Shown piece by piece: positions 47,585 to 57,115 of a DNA stretch of 64,000 nucleotides. Positions within the stretch are counted from its first letter, which is position 1. Every line of letters begins with the position of its first letter. The notes beneath the pieces are model-generated. The model saw only the letters and a program-made list of their open reading frames with translations, ran no database searches and was not told the origin of the DNA. Source of the DNA: Spirochaetaceae bacterium. GTDB taxonomy: Bacteria; Spirochaetota; Spirochaetia; DSM-2461. Where the stretch lies: NCBI GenBank assembly GCA_051531975.1, contig JAOPTT010000003.1, positions 160,001-224,000 on the forward strand, given 5' to 3'. The translations under genes were made by a program, and so were the position numbers.

Positions 47585-48361
47585 TTAGATAAATATTCCA
47601 GGAGGGGTTAATTGAGTTGTTAATCCACCGTCTGCAAATATTGTTTGACCTGTTATATAAGAAGCTGAATCAGATGCTAGAAAGGCAACACATCTACCCA
47701 TCTCTTCTGTTGTTCCCATTCTTCCAAGAGGAATTCCATCTTGAGTTTTCAACCGGTTATCCTTTGCATCCGTACTTCCTATGGCTCCCGGTGCTAGAGA
47801 ATTAACACGGATACCATAAGGGGCTAGATCGAGACTGAGACCCCTTGTAAAAGCGTCCATTGCACCTTTACTCATATCATAAGCTAACATGTTTCTATGT
47901 GGTCTTAAGGTACCTACAGATGAAATATTAACTATGTTTCCCTTTTTTACTTGGATCATTTTACTATAAACCAGATAAGATAGGTGATGGAATATCCTAA
48001 GATTTCCAACCAAACACTCGTCAAAAACTTCCTCGGTAAAGGACATAGTTTTATATCTTTTATCTACTGGTAAAATTGCATTATTAACTAGAAGGTAAGG
48101 GATGTCAAAGTTATCTTCTGCTGCCTGAAGTACTTTTTTTGCATCTGACATCTTCTGAAGATCAGCAGAAACCCAGATAGCTTCAATACCTTTATCTCTT
48201 AATTCTTTTACAAATTCCTGTCCTGTTTGTTCTGATCTTGATGTTAATACCAACTTCATACCCATTTCGCCTAAAACCTGGGAGATTCCTCTACCTAGAC
48301 CCTTCTGAGCACCTGTTATTATAGCTGTTTTACCCTTTAATTCGGGATAATTTTGTATCAT
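47585..48361 (-). CDS. SDR oxidoreductase
   Basis: TGAQKGLG, NNA, YDMSK, GIRVNSLAPG, GQTIFADGG. Confidence 0.93.
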   Translation of the reverse strand: MIQNYPELKGKTAIITGAQKGLGRGISQVLGEMGMKLVLTSRSEQTGQEFVKELRDKGIEAIWVSADLQKMSDAKKVLQAAEDNFDIPYLLVNNAILPVDKRYKTMSFTEEVFDECLVGNLRIFHHLSYLVYSKMIQVKKGNIVNISSVGTLRPHRNMLAYDMSKGAMDAFTRGLSLDLAPYGIRVNSLAPGAIGSTDAKDNRLKTQDGIPLGRMGTTEEMGRCVAFLASDSASYITGQTIFADGGLTTQLTPPGIFI

Positions 48362-48362
48362 G

Positions 48363-49607
48363 TTAAACCTCTTTTTTATTACTATTTTTATCGACCCATT
48401 CCTGTAACATCTGGATGGCCTTCCCTAGAACACCTGCTGATCCTCTAAAAGTTCCTGAACCCATTGCTTTGTTATCAACAGTATACCACTCATAAAAACC
48501 ATCATTCTTTATAACCCGGTCAACCATAGGAATCAGCTCAGTATAAGCTTCTCCTATAAATCCGTTTCTGATTAGTTCCTGTATCATACGGCCACCAAAC
48601 CAGGTCCAGTCTCCACCATTTTGATAGCTATATTGTTTTGCCATCATAGGGTTTTTAAAAGAATTTTCTGGATAGGGAGGATAGATAGTCAAACCGATGG
48701 AACCTGCCCCGGATTTTATAACATTTTCTACCATTCTTCTGTTTGCAAAAATGATTTCATTTTGGCTTAATAATCCAGCCTGTATTGCAACAGCTGTACC
48801 ACCATGATAATAAATTTCATCTTCATCTAGATCCTCTGGAAAAGGTGATCCTTCAAGGTAAATATGTGGGATAAATTTTCTTCTCTTTTTATCCCATAAA
48901 AACTCGTGAACATTATTTTTTAATTTTTTGAGAATGGCTTCCCACTTCTTCCTGGATTTTTCATCGGGTTTTATAATGTCCAAATATCCATTTAAGGCAA
49001 CAATGAATAGAGCATTATTATAAATGCTAATAGCCCTATGACTTGATTCATCAAGAACTACACCCCATTCATGTTCAGGTTGCACATCACCCCAATCAGC
49101 TGTAGTCCCGCCCCATAACAGTCCATATTTCTCTGCATAACGATCTGCCATTAAGTATTCCATAGCCATCTCTATTCTGCGGGAAACGGTTTCTCCGTTA
49201 ACTATTTCAGTTAAAATACTTCGATCTCCAGTTTTTTCTATATAGAGGCAAACTGAATGTATCAAAGAACTTTCCTGATCAGTTTCAACAGTGTTTTTAT
49301 GACCTACATATTCTGTGGTTCCTGGGACATGAATGTACTCATAATCGATATTTGCCATCTCTTTTGGAGTGTATCCATCAATAATATTTCCATCTTCTCT
49401 CTGAAAAATAAAAAACAGAAGTAATGACTGCCTAATCTCTTCCTTGGCATAAACCTCACAGGATAGTTCAATAAATGTGGCCAGATCCCGGATCCAGACC
49501 TCTCCGTACCCGTCTCCAGCATTAAAACCTGTGGACAGTATTTTTTTGCTTCGATTTAAAACATCATCTAAGCGGTTATCTGATTTTATCTTTTCTACTA
49601 AATTCAT
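48363..49607 (-). CDS. (alpha/alpha)6-barrel glycoside hydrolase (amylo-alpha-1,6-glucosidase/GH63-like)
   Basis: WIRD, DWGD, YQNGGDWTW, GFYEWY; family uncertain. Confidence 0.7.
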   Translation of the reverse strand: MNLVEKIKSDNRLDDVLNRSKKILSTGFNAGDGYGEVWIRDLATFIELSCEVYAKEEIRQSLLLFFIFQREDGNIIDGYTPKEMANIDYEYIHVPGTTEYVGHKNTVETDQESSLIHSVCLYIEKTGDRSILTEIVNGETVSRRIEMAMEYLMADRYAEKYGLLWGGTTADWGDVQPEHEWGVVLDESSHRAISIYNNALFIVALNGYLDIIKPDEKSRKKWEAILKKLKNNVHEFLWDKKRRKFIPHIYLEGSPFPEDLDEDEIYYHGGTAVAIQAGLLSQNEIIFANRRMVENVIKSGAGSIGLTIYPPYPENSFKNPMMAKQYSYQNGGDWTWFGGRMIQELIRNGFIGEAYTELIPMVDRVIKNDGFYEWYTVDNKAMGSGTFRGSAGVLGKAIQMLQEWVDKNSNKKEV

Positions 49608-49628
49608 ATAGTCCCATACCTCTAATTA

Positions 49629-50582
49629 TTATTTAAGAATAGAGTTTATTATCTGTAATTCATCATTTGAAAATTCCAGGTTTTCTAAAGCTTTTACATT
49701 TTCTTCAACCTGACTTATTCTACTTGCTCCAATAAGTGCAGATGTAACTTTCCCATCTCTTAGTACCCAGGCTAAAGCCATTTGCGCTAAAGTTTGACCT
49801 CTCTCAATTGCTAAGTCTTTTAGTAGCAGAGATTTTTTTATCACTTCTTCACTAACCTGATCTTTTTTAAGAAATCCAGAATCTTTTGCCGCCCTTGAAT
49901 CTGCAGGAATACCCTTTAAATATTTATCGGTTAATAGACCCTGCTGAAGTGGCATAAATGGTATACATCCCACCCCTTCATCAACAAGTAGATCTAGTAA
50001 ATCATCTTCTACCCATCTGTCATACATGGAATAATTTGGCTGATGTATCAAACATGGTGTTCCCAGTTTTCTTAGTTCATCAATAGCCTTTTTTGCTTGA
50101 TCAGCTCTGTACATTGAAATTCCAACATACAACGCTTTCCCCTGTTTAACTATGTCATTAAGTGCTCCCATAGTTTCCTCTATAGGAGTATCAGGGTCTG
50201 GTCTGTGATGATAATAAAGATCAACATAATCCAAACCTAATCGGGATAAACTTTGATCCAGACTAGAGATAAGATGTTTCCTTGATCCCCAATCTCCAAA
50301 TGGACCATCCCAGGCCTTATGACCGGCTTTTGTTGAGATAAACAGTTCATCCCTATGGTCTTTAAGTTCGTTTTTTAATACTTTACCTAATGTATTTTCT
50401 GCTGCACCAAGGGGCGGTCCATAATTATTGGCAAGATCAAAATGGTTGATACCAAGATCAAAAGATCCTGTTAATAATTCTTTGGAATTCTGGTATGAGT
50501 TTAACTCTCCGAAGTTATGCCATAAGCCTAGGGATATTGCTGGAAGTTTGATACCACTTCGCCCACATCTGTTGTATTTCAT
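49629..50582 (-). CDS. gpr: Aldo-keto reductase, L-glyceraldehyde-3-phosphate reductase (Gpr/YghZ) type
   Basis: LPAISLGLWHNFG, FDLANNYGPP, STKAG, GKALYVGIS, IHQP. Confidence 0.9.
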   Translation of the reverse strand: MKYNRCGRSGIKLPAISLGLWHNFGELNSYQNSKELLTGSFDLGINHFDLANNYGPPLGAAENTLGKVLKNELKDHRDELFISTKAGHKAWDGPFGDWGSRKHLISSLDQSLSRLGLDYVDLYYHHRPDPDTPIEETMGALNDIVKQGKALYVGISMYRADQAKKAIDELRKLGTPCLIHQPNYSMYDRWVEDDLLDLLVDEGVGCIPFMPLQQGLLTDKYLKGIPADSRAAKDSGFLKKDQVSEEVIKKSLLLKDLAIERGQTLAQMALAWVLRDGKVTSALIGASRISQVEENVKALENLEFSNDELQIINSILK

Positions 50583-50618
50583 TTAATTCTCCTGTGTAGA
50601 TTTATTTTTACTTTCATA

Positions 50619-53600
50619 TTATTCAATACCTTCAATTTTTATCTTTAGAGTTTTAATCTCATATGGTCTAAAACTTAATTGGATAATTTTATCAAAATGT
50701 TCATCGGCAATCGGTATCTCTTTCATATCTACTTCCTGCCAGCTAGTTATAGTGAAAGGACTTGTTATTTCTGCTTTACCACTACCACCAATTGATTCAT
50801 GAAGCCTAATAATTATAGATGAAGAGTCTTCAGCTTTTTTTATGGAATCTATAAGTATTCCAGAGCCCTGCAGATCAATAACCTGACCTGATTTTTTAGA
50901 AAAACTCCCGGTCATTACTGTTAATGGATCATTTAGTTGCCATGCTGCTTTTATTGTTCCACCAGTATCCCAGTCCCCTTTATGAGGAAGTAGAGAATAA
51001 GTAAATTTTTGAATACCCTTATCCCCTTCCGTATCAGGAAAAATTGGTGATTTTAAAAGTGATAGTCTCATAATATTATCGTGTATATCATATCCATATT
51101 TACTATCGTTAAGCAGACTTACTCCATAATCTCTCTGGGACAAATCTGCCCACTGATGAGCACAAACTTCGAAGCGACTTAAATCCCAACTTGTATTCCA
51201 ATGGGTAGGTCTCTTAATATTTCCAAACTGCATATCATAGGTAGCATCTAGAGCTCGAATATCAACTGGAAATGCAACTTTAAGTAATTTTCTTGTTTCC
51301 TGCCAATCCACTTGTGTTTCAAAATCAATACGTTTTGAATCCCTGTAAAAATGAATATTCTGCTCTATTATTGAAAGGTTGTATTTCCACTTAAAGCTAA
51401 CAGTGCATCTAAGTGAACCATCAACAGAGAAAGTTGAACTAATTAGTTCATCTACAATGTTATGTTTTCCCTGATAGTAGAGTTCAAGACCCCATGCATC
51501 TTTACCGTGCATTGGTCTATCATCAAAAACTTGAAGCTCATTTCCATAAGAATCTTTAGTAAGAACCTCTCTCTTGTTCTCTTTATCGTATATTTTTTCT
51601 ATCTGCCCTGTTTTATTCCAAGTAATTAGATAAAAAGGAGTGTTTAAACTGCTATTTCCATAGTTAAAAACAGTGGGAATGGGGTTTGTTTTACCCATAT
51701 TATTTGACGTTGGAGATATTGTAATCCAACCCATAGAAGGTATGTTTTCTATAAATATTAACCAGTTTGATCCAGTTTTAACAGCCTGTAGTGGTCTATT
51801 CATCTGATCCTGCCATGCCTCTATATTATCTTTAGAGGAGATAGAAATGATTTCACTAGATTCTGAAGATCCTGAATTGAATACTGTATAGGTATCAGAA
51901 TTGGCCTTTAACATTGGTAAAGAGATATCCTGAATTTCTGATAATCCTCTGAAAACAGATTCATATTCAAGTTGGCTATCGTCATAAACTTCTTTAATTG
52001 ATGTACCTGGAATAATATCATGGAACTGATTTCTTAATACTATTTTCCAGAGTTCATTTATTTTTTCCTGTTTATAAAGTTTCCAATCATTTTGTAACAG
52101 TACCGATGTTACACTGAGGATCTCAGTCCGTCGTAATCCAAGTTCAGTTTTTCGGTTATTTAGTTTAGTTTTTGCTTGGCTGGTATAAGTACCTCTATGT
52201 TTTTCCAGGTATAATTCTCCATCCCAAACCGGAACCTTCTGATCGCTCTCTTCTATTGTCTTTTGTAGTTTTGAAAAATAATTTTTAGAGCTTTCGAATT
52301 TTACTTTAGGTAGACCTGGCATTTTATCTGCCCGTTTAATTCTCTCTATCATTTCCCTAGTTGGTCCACCACCACCATCACCATATCCAAAACAAACCAG
52401 AAGATTCTGATTTAGTCTTTTCTGGCGATATGCGTTCCATACACCAATTAGGCTTGCTGGATCTGTATCAGCATTATATGTATAGATGTTGTTATTTGAC
52501 ATTGGTGTTGTAATCATATGAGCCAGAACTTCTGATCCATCAAATCCTCTCCAATTAAACGTATCATTTGGGAAGCGATTATATTGATTCCAACTGATTT
52601 TTGTTGTCATGAATGTATCTATTCCAAACTGTTTCATTATTTGAGGTAACGCTCCAGTAAACCCAAAAACATCAGGTAGCCATAGAGATGAGCAGTTTAT
52701 TCCAAATTCATGTTGAAAGAACCGAGTACCAAAGAGCATTTGTCTAACAAGAGACTCTCCACTAACAAGGTTACAGTCAGATTCCAGCCACATAACACCA
52801 TCGGGCTCCCACTGCCCCTGTTTTACTCGGTCTTTTATCTGACCATATATCTCTGGATTATCCTCTTTAAGATATTCGTATAACTGGGGTTGGGTCTGCA
52901 AAAAAACATATTCAGGATATCGATCCATCAACCTGAGGGCAGTTGAAAATGTTCTAACTGATTTTTCTCTAGTATGACGTAATCTCCATAACCAGGCCAC
53001 GTCAATATGGGCATGGCCAATACATGAAATAGTTGGGGCATTAGTTTTATCGGTGTTTTCGATTCCTTTTTTGAAAAGATTTCCCGCTTTTATTACCGAG
53101 TCATAAAACGAAGATGAACCAGGTTCTGACCAGTCTAAAAGAAGAAATGAGCGCTCTAATAAATTCAGAATAAAATTGTATTCTGTTTGGTTTTCATTAA
53201 GGGCTTCAATTGTTTCAATTGCTGTTAAATACCAATAATAAAGATCATCTGTATCTGGATCTAACCATGCCAGGGACGCCTCATTTATTTTATGTTCCTG
53301 AGAGATATGTGGTCCGCCACCTTCTAATCCTGACCAAAGAAGAAATAGAAACTCTCTGTTTTCACCGGGATTAACAACATCTGATAAAAAAACCTCTTTA
53401 TGATTCTGATCTACACCCTGAAATGATCTGTTATCAATCATTAATAGTGATTCAAAACCAGAATTAGAACCATCACCGGTATTTCCAAAATCAAAAATAC
53501 CGAGAGTATCTTTGTTCTCCCATCCTTTGGGAATTTTTATGTTCATTTTTAGCCAGGCATAAACATCCCGGCCTTCCCATTTAAATCCTGTAGTTATTTC

Positions 53601-53756
53601 ATTCCATCTGTTATCAGAGGCTGGGCTAGGTTCTTTCGTTCCTGCTAACTGGAATGAAATATTATCTATTTGAAACCGATCCCTATATCGCCATAATGCC
53701 AACTCTTCTAATCTTAACTTTATCTGTTCTATAGTAAAATATTCATCGTATATCAT
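50619..53756 (-). CDS. GH38 alpha-mannosidase (cytosolic Man2C1/Ams1-like architecture)
   Basis: GHAHIDVAWLW, LWLPDVFG, GYGDGGGG, GELYLEKHRGTYTSQ, QFHDIIPG; start set at 53756 (ATGA overlap). Confidence 0.95.
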   Translation of the reverse strand: MIYDEYFTIEQIKLRLEELALWRYRDRFQIDNISFQLAGTKEPSPASDNRWNEITTGFKWEGRDVYAWLKMNIKIPKGWENKDTLGIFDFGNTGDGSNSGFESLLMIDNRSFQGVDQNHKEVFLSDVVNPGENREFLFLLWSGLEGGGPHISQEHKINEASLAWLDPDTDDLYYWYLTAIETIEALNENQTEYNFILNLLERSFLLLDWSEPGSSSFYDSVIKAGNLFKKGIENTDKTNAPTISCIGHAHIDVAWLWRLRHTREKSVRTFSTALRLMDRYPEYVFLQTQPQLYEYLKEDNPEIYGQIKDRVKQGQWEPDGVMWLESDCNLVSGESLVRQMLFGTRFFQHEFGINCSSLWLPDVFGFTGALPQIMKQFGIDTFMTTKISWNQYNRFPNDTFNWRGFDGSEVLAHMITTPMSNNNIYTYNADTDPASLIGVWNAYRQKRLNQNLLVCFGYGDGGGGPTREMIERIKRADKMPGLPKVKFESSKNYFSKLQKTIEESDQKVPVWDGELYLEKHRGTYTSQAKTKLNNRKTELGLRRTEILSVTSVLLQNDWKLYKQEKINELWKIVLRNQFHDIIPGTSIKEVYDDSQLEYESVFRGLSEIQDISLPMLKANSDTYTVFNSGSSESSEIISISSKDNIEAWQDQMNRPLQAVKTGSNWLIFIENIPSMGWITISPTSNNMGKTNPIPTVFNYGNSSLNTPFYLITWNKTGQIEKIYDKENKREVLTKDSYGNELQVFDDRPMHGKDAWGLELYYQGKHNIVDELISSTFSVDGSLRCTVSFKWKYNLSIIEQNIHFYRDSKRIDFETQVDWQETRKLLKVAFPVDIRALDATYDMQFGNIKRPTHWNTSWDLSRFEVCAHQWADLSQRDYGVSLLNDSKYGYDIHDNIMRLSLLKSPIFPDTEGDKGIQKFTYSLLPHKGDWDTGGTIKAAWQLNDPLTVMTGSFSKKSGQVIDLQGSGILIDSIKKAEDSSSIIIRLHESIGGSGKAEITSPFTITSWQEVDMKEIPIADEHFDKIIQLSFRPYEIKTLKIKIEGIE

Positions 53757-54514
53757 AGACCAGGCATCACATTCCCACCACACACCGGCAGATAAACCCC
53801 TGTAATAAATGAAGCCATATCAGAAGCGAGAAAACAGATAGCATTTGCGATCTCTTGATCTTCTCCCCTATGGCCAAGTGGTACATTTTTAATATAATGG
53901 GCGTCGTCGGCTGGTTTTTCACGATACTGATCACTTATCATCCATCCAGGAGCAACCTGGTTTACAGTTATTCCATGTTCACCAATTTCCTTAGCCAAAA
54001 CCCGTAAAAGTCGATCCTGTCCACCTTTTCCGGAAATATACGCTGATTGATTAGGCTGACACTGCATTGTACATTCAGTATTTGTAGCTATAACCCTACC
54101 GTATTTCTTTTTGATCATATCCGGTACAAATGCCTTGGTCATAAATAGATTATGCAATACGCTTGTCTTGAATTGACTTTCATAATCTGCTGGATCCTGT
54201 TCCAATACATGTTTCCAATCATATTGTTGTACTGCATTGTTGATTATTATATCTGCTGGACCAAATTCTGCTGTAACTTTATCACGCATTGCAAAAACAG
54301 AATCTTTATCACTGACATCTGCCTGAACAACTATAGCCCGACCACCAGCTGCGATTATTTCATCTGCTATAATCTGGGCTTTATCTTTACTTTTATAATA
54401 ATGAAGGGCAACTGATGCACCTGCGTCTGCGAGGGTTCGGCTAATTACCCGGCCTAGTTCTCCACTTGCACCGGTTACAACTGCAATCTTCCCTGTTAAA
54501 TCTAATTTAATCAT
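53753..54514 (-). CDS. SDR oxidoreductase
   Basis: TGASGELG, NNA, YISGK, VNQVAPG. Confidence 0.92.
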   Translation of the reverse strand: MIKLDLTGKIAVVTGASGELGRVISRTLADAGASVALHYYKSKDKAQIIADEIIAAGGRAIVVQADVSDKDSVFAMRDKVTAEFGPADIIINNAVQQYDWKHVLEQDPADYESQFKTSVLHNLFMTKAFVPDMIKKKYGRVIATNTECTMQCQPNQSAYISGKGGQDRLLRVLAKEIGEHGITVNQVAPGWMISDQYREKPADDAHYIKNVPLGHRGEDQEIANAICFLASDMASFITGVYLPVCGGNVMPGL

Positions 54515-55953
54515 TTATTGTTTGTCCTTTCAAATATGTTTTTATAATATTCAATAGTGGATTCTCTTCTATCCTTATCAGCTGTATCAATTGTCTCATT
54601 TAAATAGGCTATCTGGTTTCCATGAAAATCCTTACCCTGCCAGGAATGAAGGGCATTTATATGTTCTTTGATAATTCCTTGTAGGTCTTTATTATTAGAA
54701 AGATCATGGATCTCGTTGTCATCGTTTTTCAGATCAAAAAACAGCGGGATTTTATTGTCGTTATTCCACAGAAGTTTATAATTTTCACTTCTAACCATTG
54801 TCATTTTTCCATTATTAGAATGTGCAAAAACGTATTGGTTTTTGTGATTTAGAGATTTATTGAAACTTTTATGGCGAATATTACATTCTTTTAAAATTTC
54901 TGATGCAATAATATCATTACTGCTTAGTATCGAATTCTTTAACGGTTTCTTCTGGTTTACAGATTTAATGCACAGGGGAATTCTCATTAAAGGGTCATAC
55001 ATATGATTAGATTTTAGAAGAAGATGATGATACCCTACATAACTTCCGTGATCCGAGGTTAAAATAATCGTAGTATTATCATATATCTCTTTCTTTTTTA
55101 GTATCTGCACAAACTTTCCAATATAGGAATCAATTTCTGATATACAACCATAATAAGCGGCCTGAACAGTCTTTAGAGCTTCTTTATTAAGTGATCTGTT
55201 ATCAAAATATCCCTTGTCATAATCTAAATCTCTAGGCAGACAACTTTCTGTCCAACCGTCTAGAATCTCCATATCTGAGGGATTATACATTGTGCTCCAG
55301 GGTGCAGGAGGATCAAAAGGATGGTGGGGTTTTACAAATCCAACCATCAGACATTCTGAATGGACATTCCAGTTTTCTAATTTCTCTATAGCCTTTTGGG
55401 CAATCCAACCCGAGGATGCCAATTCTGCTTCCAGATTATTCTCTTTTGTTCCAAATGTAGACCAATAGGAATCATCTGCCTTTTCACGGTATTCAGACCT
55501 TTGATCCATAATATCCAATAGATCAATTTTTCCTTTGGACATCAGGTCTTTGTGATAATCATCATCCCATCTGCCCTGCCCATCCTGTTCACATAAAATC
55601 ATCTCGTCAAATCCTACATCGAGATATGTTGGTGTAAAATGCATCTTGCCTACAGCAGTTGTACGGTAAGCATTCTGCCTTAATAGTTTTGGCCAGGTTT
55701 GGATATCATCCTTAAGAGTACAACGATTATCCCATCCTTTATGGTCCTGGACATCAAGCCCGGACAAAAGAGAATAACGGGATGGAGTACAGACAGGATA
55801 TGAACAAAAGTGATTATCATAAACTGTGGAGTGCCTAGATAAGAGATCAATATTTGGTGTTTTTATCTGTCTGTTTCCATATATAGAAAGGCAGTCCCAT
55901 CTTAACTGATCAAGATGGATTAATAGAACATTAGGATTATTATTCATCCTCAA
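54511..55953 (-). CDS. Formylglycine-dependent sulfatase
   Basis: PNVLLIHLDQ, VCTPSRYSLLSG, GKMH, KPHHP, SDHG. Confidence 0.9.
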   Translation of the reverse strand: MRMNNNPNVLLIHLDQLRWDCLSIYGNRQIKTPNIDLLSRHSTVYDNHFCSYPVCTPSRYSLLSGLDVQDHKGWDNRCTLKDDIQTWPKLLRQNAYRTTAVGKMHFTPTYLDVGFDEMILCEQDGQGRWDDDYHKDLMSKGKIDLLDIMDQRSEYREKADDSYWSTFGTKENNLEAELASSGWIAQKAIEKLENWNVHSECLMVGFVKPHHPFDPPAPWSTMYNPSDMEILDGWTESCLPRDLDYDKGYFDNRSLNKEALKTVQAAYYGCISEIDSYIGKFVQILKKKEIYDNTTIILTSDHGSYVGYHHLLLKSNHMYDPLMRIPLCIKSVNQKKPLKNSILSSNDIIASEILKECNIRHKSFNKSLNHKNQYVFAHSNNGKMTMVRSENYKLLWNNDNKIPLFFDLKNDDNEIHDLSNNKDLQGIIKEHINALHSWQGKDFHGNQIAYLNETIDTADKDRRESTIEYYKNIFERTNNK

Positions 55954-57049
55954 TCTTCCTTGTTGAACTTCTTATTATCAATTCTGTAGGTAGTACAACT
56001 TTTTTTTCATTATGTTCTCCGGCAATATTTTCAATAAGTAGTTCAGCAGCTATTCGTCCCATACTATTAAAATCCTGAGCTACTGTAGTTAAAGGTATCT
56101 GCAGATGACTGGCAAGTTCAATATCATCATATCCAACGATTGATATTTGCCCTGGGATACTGAATCCCGCATTGATTGCAGCTCGCATAGATAAAGAAGC
56201 AACATAATCATTTATGCATACAACAGCTGTTACGTCCTGATTCATAAGTTCTTGGATAATCTCACCGTAACGGGCTGTAGTATCTTCTTTAGATATATCT
56301 TTAAGGAATCCCAGTTTTACAAAACTTTCGTCTATAACAATATCATTATCCTTAAGTGCTCTGCAGTATCCAAAATAACGGTGTCTAATGGAATGGGCAC
56401 TTTCGATTGTTTCATCACTAATAAAAGCTATCTTTTTATGCCCTAAATCAATAAGATGTTTAGTTGCGATACAGGAACTTTTCATATTGTCAGAGACAAC
56501 TGAGCTTATTGGTATACACTCAAAATATTTATCAATGGTTACTATAGGGAAATTGTTCATATATAATTTATTTATCATTTCAAAATTACGAAAGTCCGAT
56601 TGGGGATAATATATGATTCCTCTGGTTCCATCCTCATAGAGCTGGTTTAAAATTTTCTTTTCAGAATCAAGATCGCTCTGAATACTATGTATCGTAAGTG
56701 TACAGTTATTCTTATTTAAAACTTCAGAGGCACCTTTAATAATATTTATAGCCCCACCCTGAGACTCTTCAAATGGTAAAACTATTGCTATCCGATTGGT
56801 TTCACTATTAGTAGATGAATCATTTTTTGTATCAGAACCGATATTTGCAACAAAACTACCACTTCCCTGGATACGATAGATAAAACCCTGTAACCTCAGC
56901 TCTTCTAAGGCTCTTTTGGAAGTTATACGGCTTACATTAAATTTTTCAGCTAGGTCTACTTCTGTAGGAAGTTTATCATCCTCTTTGAGTTCCCCTTTTT
57001 TTATCGAGTCTTTTATCTGATTTACAATTTTTTCATATAATTTAGCCAT
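55940..57049 (-). CDS. AraR-type regulator (GntR HTH + LacI domain), paralogue B
   Basis: Same architecture as 22752-23858 with a near-identical HTH. Confidence 0.92.
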   Translation of the reverse strand: MAKLYEKIVNQIKDSIKKGELKEDDKLPTEVDLAEKFNVSRITSKRALEELRLQGFIYRIQGSGSFVANIGSDTKNDSSTNSETNRIAIVLPFEESQGGAINIIKGASEVLNKNNCTLTIHSIQSDLDSEKKILNQLYEDGTRGIIYYPQSDFRNFEMINKLYMNNFPIVTIDKYFECIPISSVVSDNMKSSCIATKHLIDLGHKKIAFISDETIESAHSIRHRYFGYCRALKDNDIVIDESFVKLGFLKDISKEDTTARYGEIIQELMNQDVTAVVCINDYVASLSMRAAINAGFSIPGQISIVGYDDIELASHLQIPLTTVAQDFNSMGRIAAELLIENIAGEHNEKKVVLPTELIIRSSTRKIEDE

Positions 57050-57115
57050 TACAATTTTTCTCCAATTAAATTAAGCATATAAATTGATGTCATGCTTAAG
57101 TACCACCTTATATTT

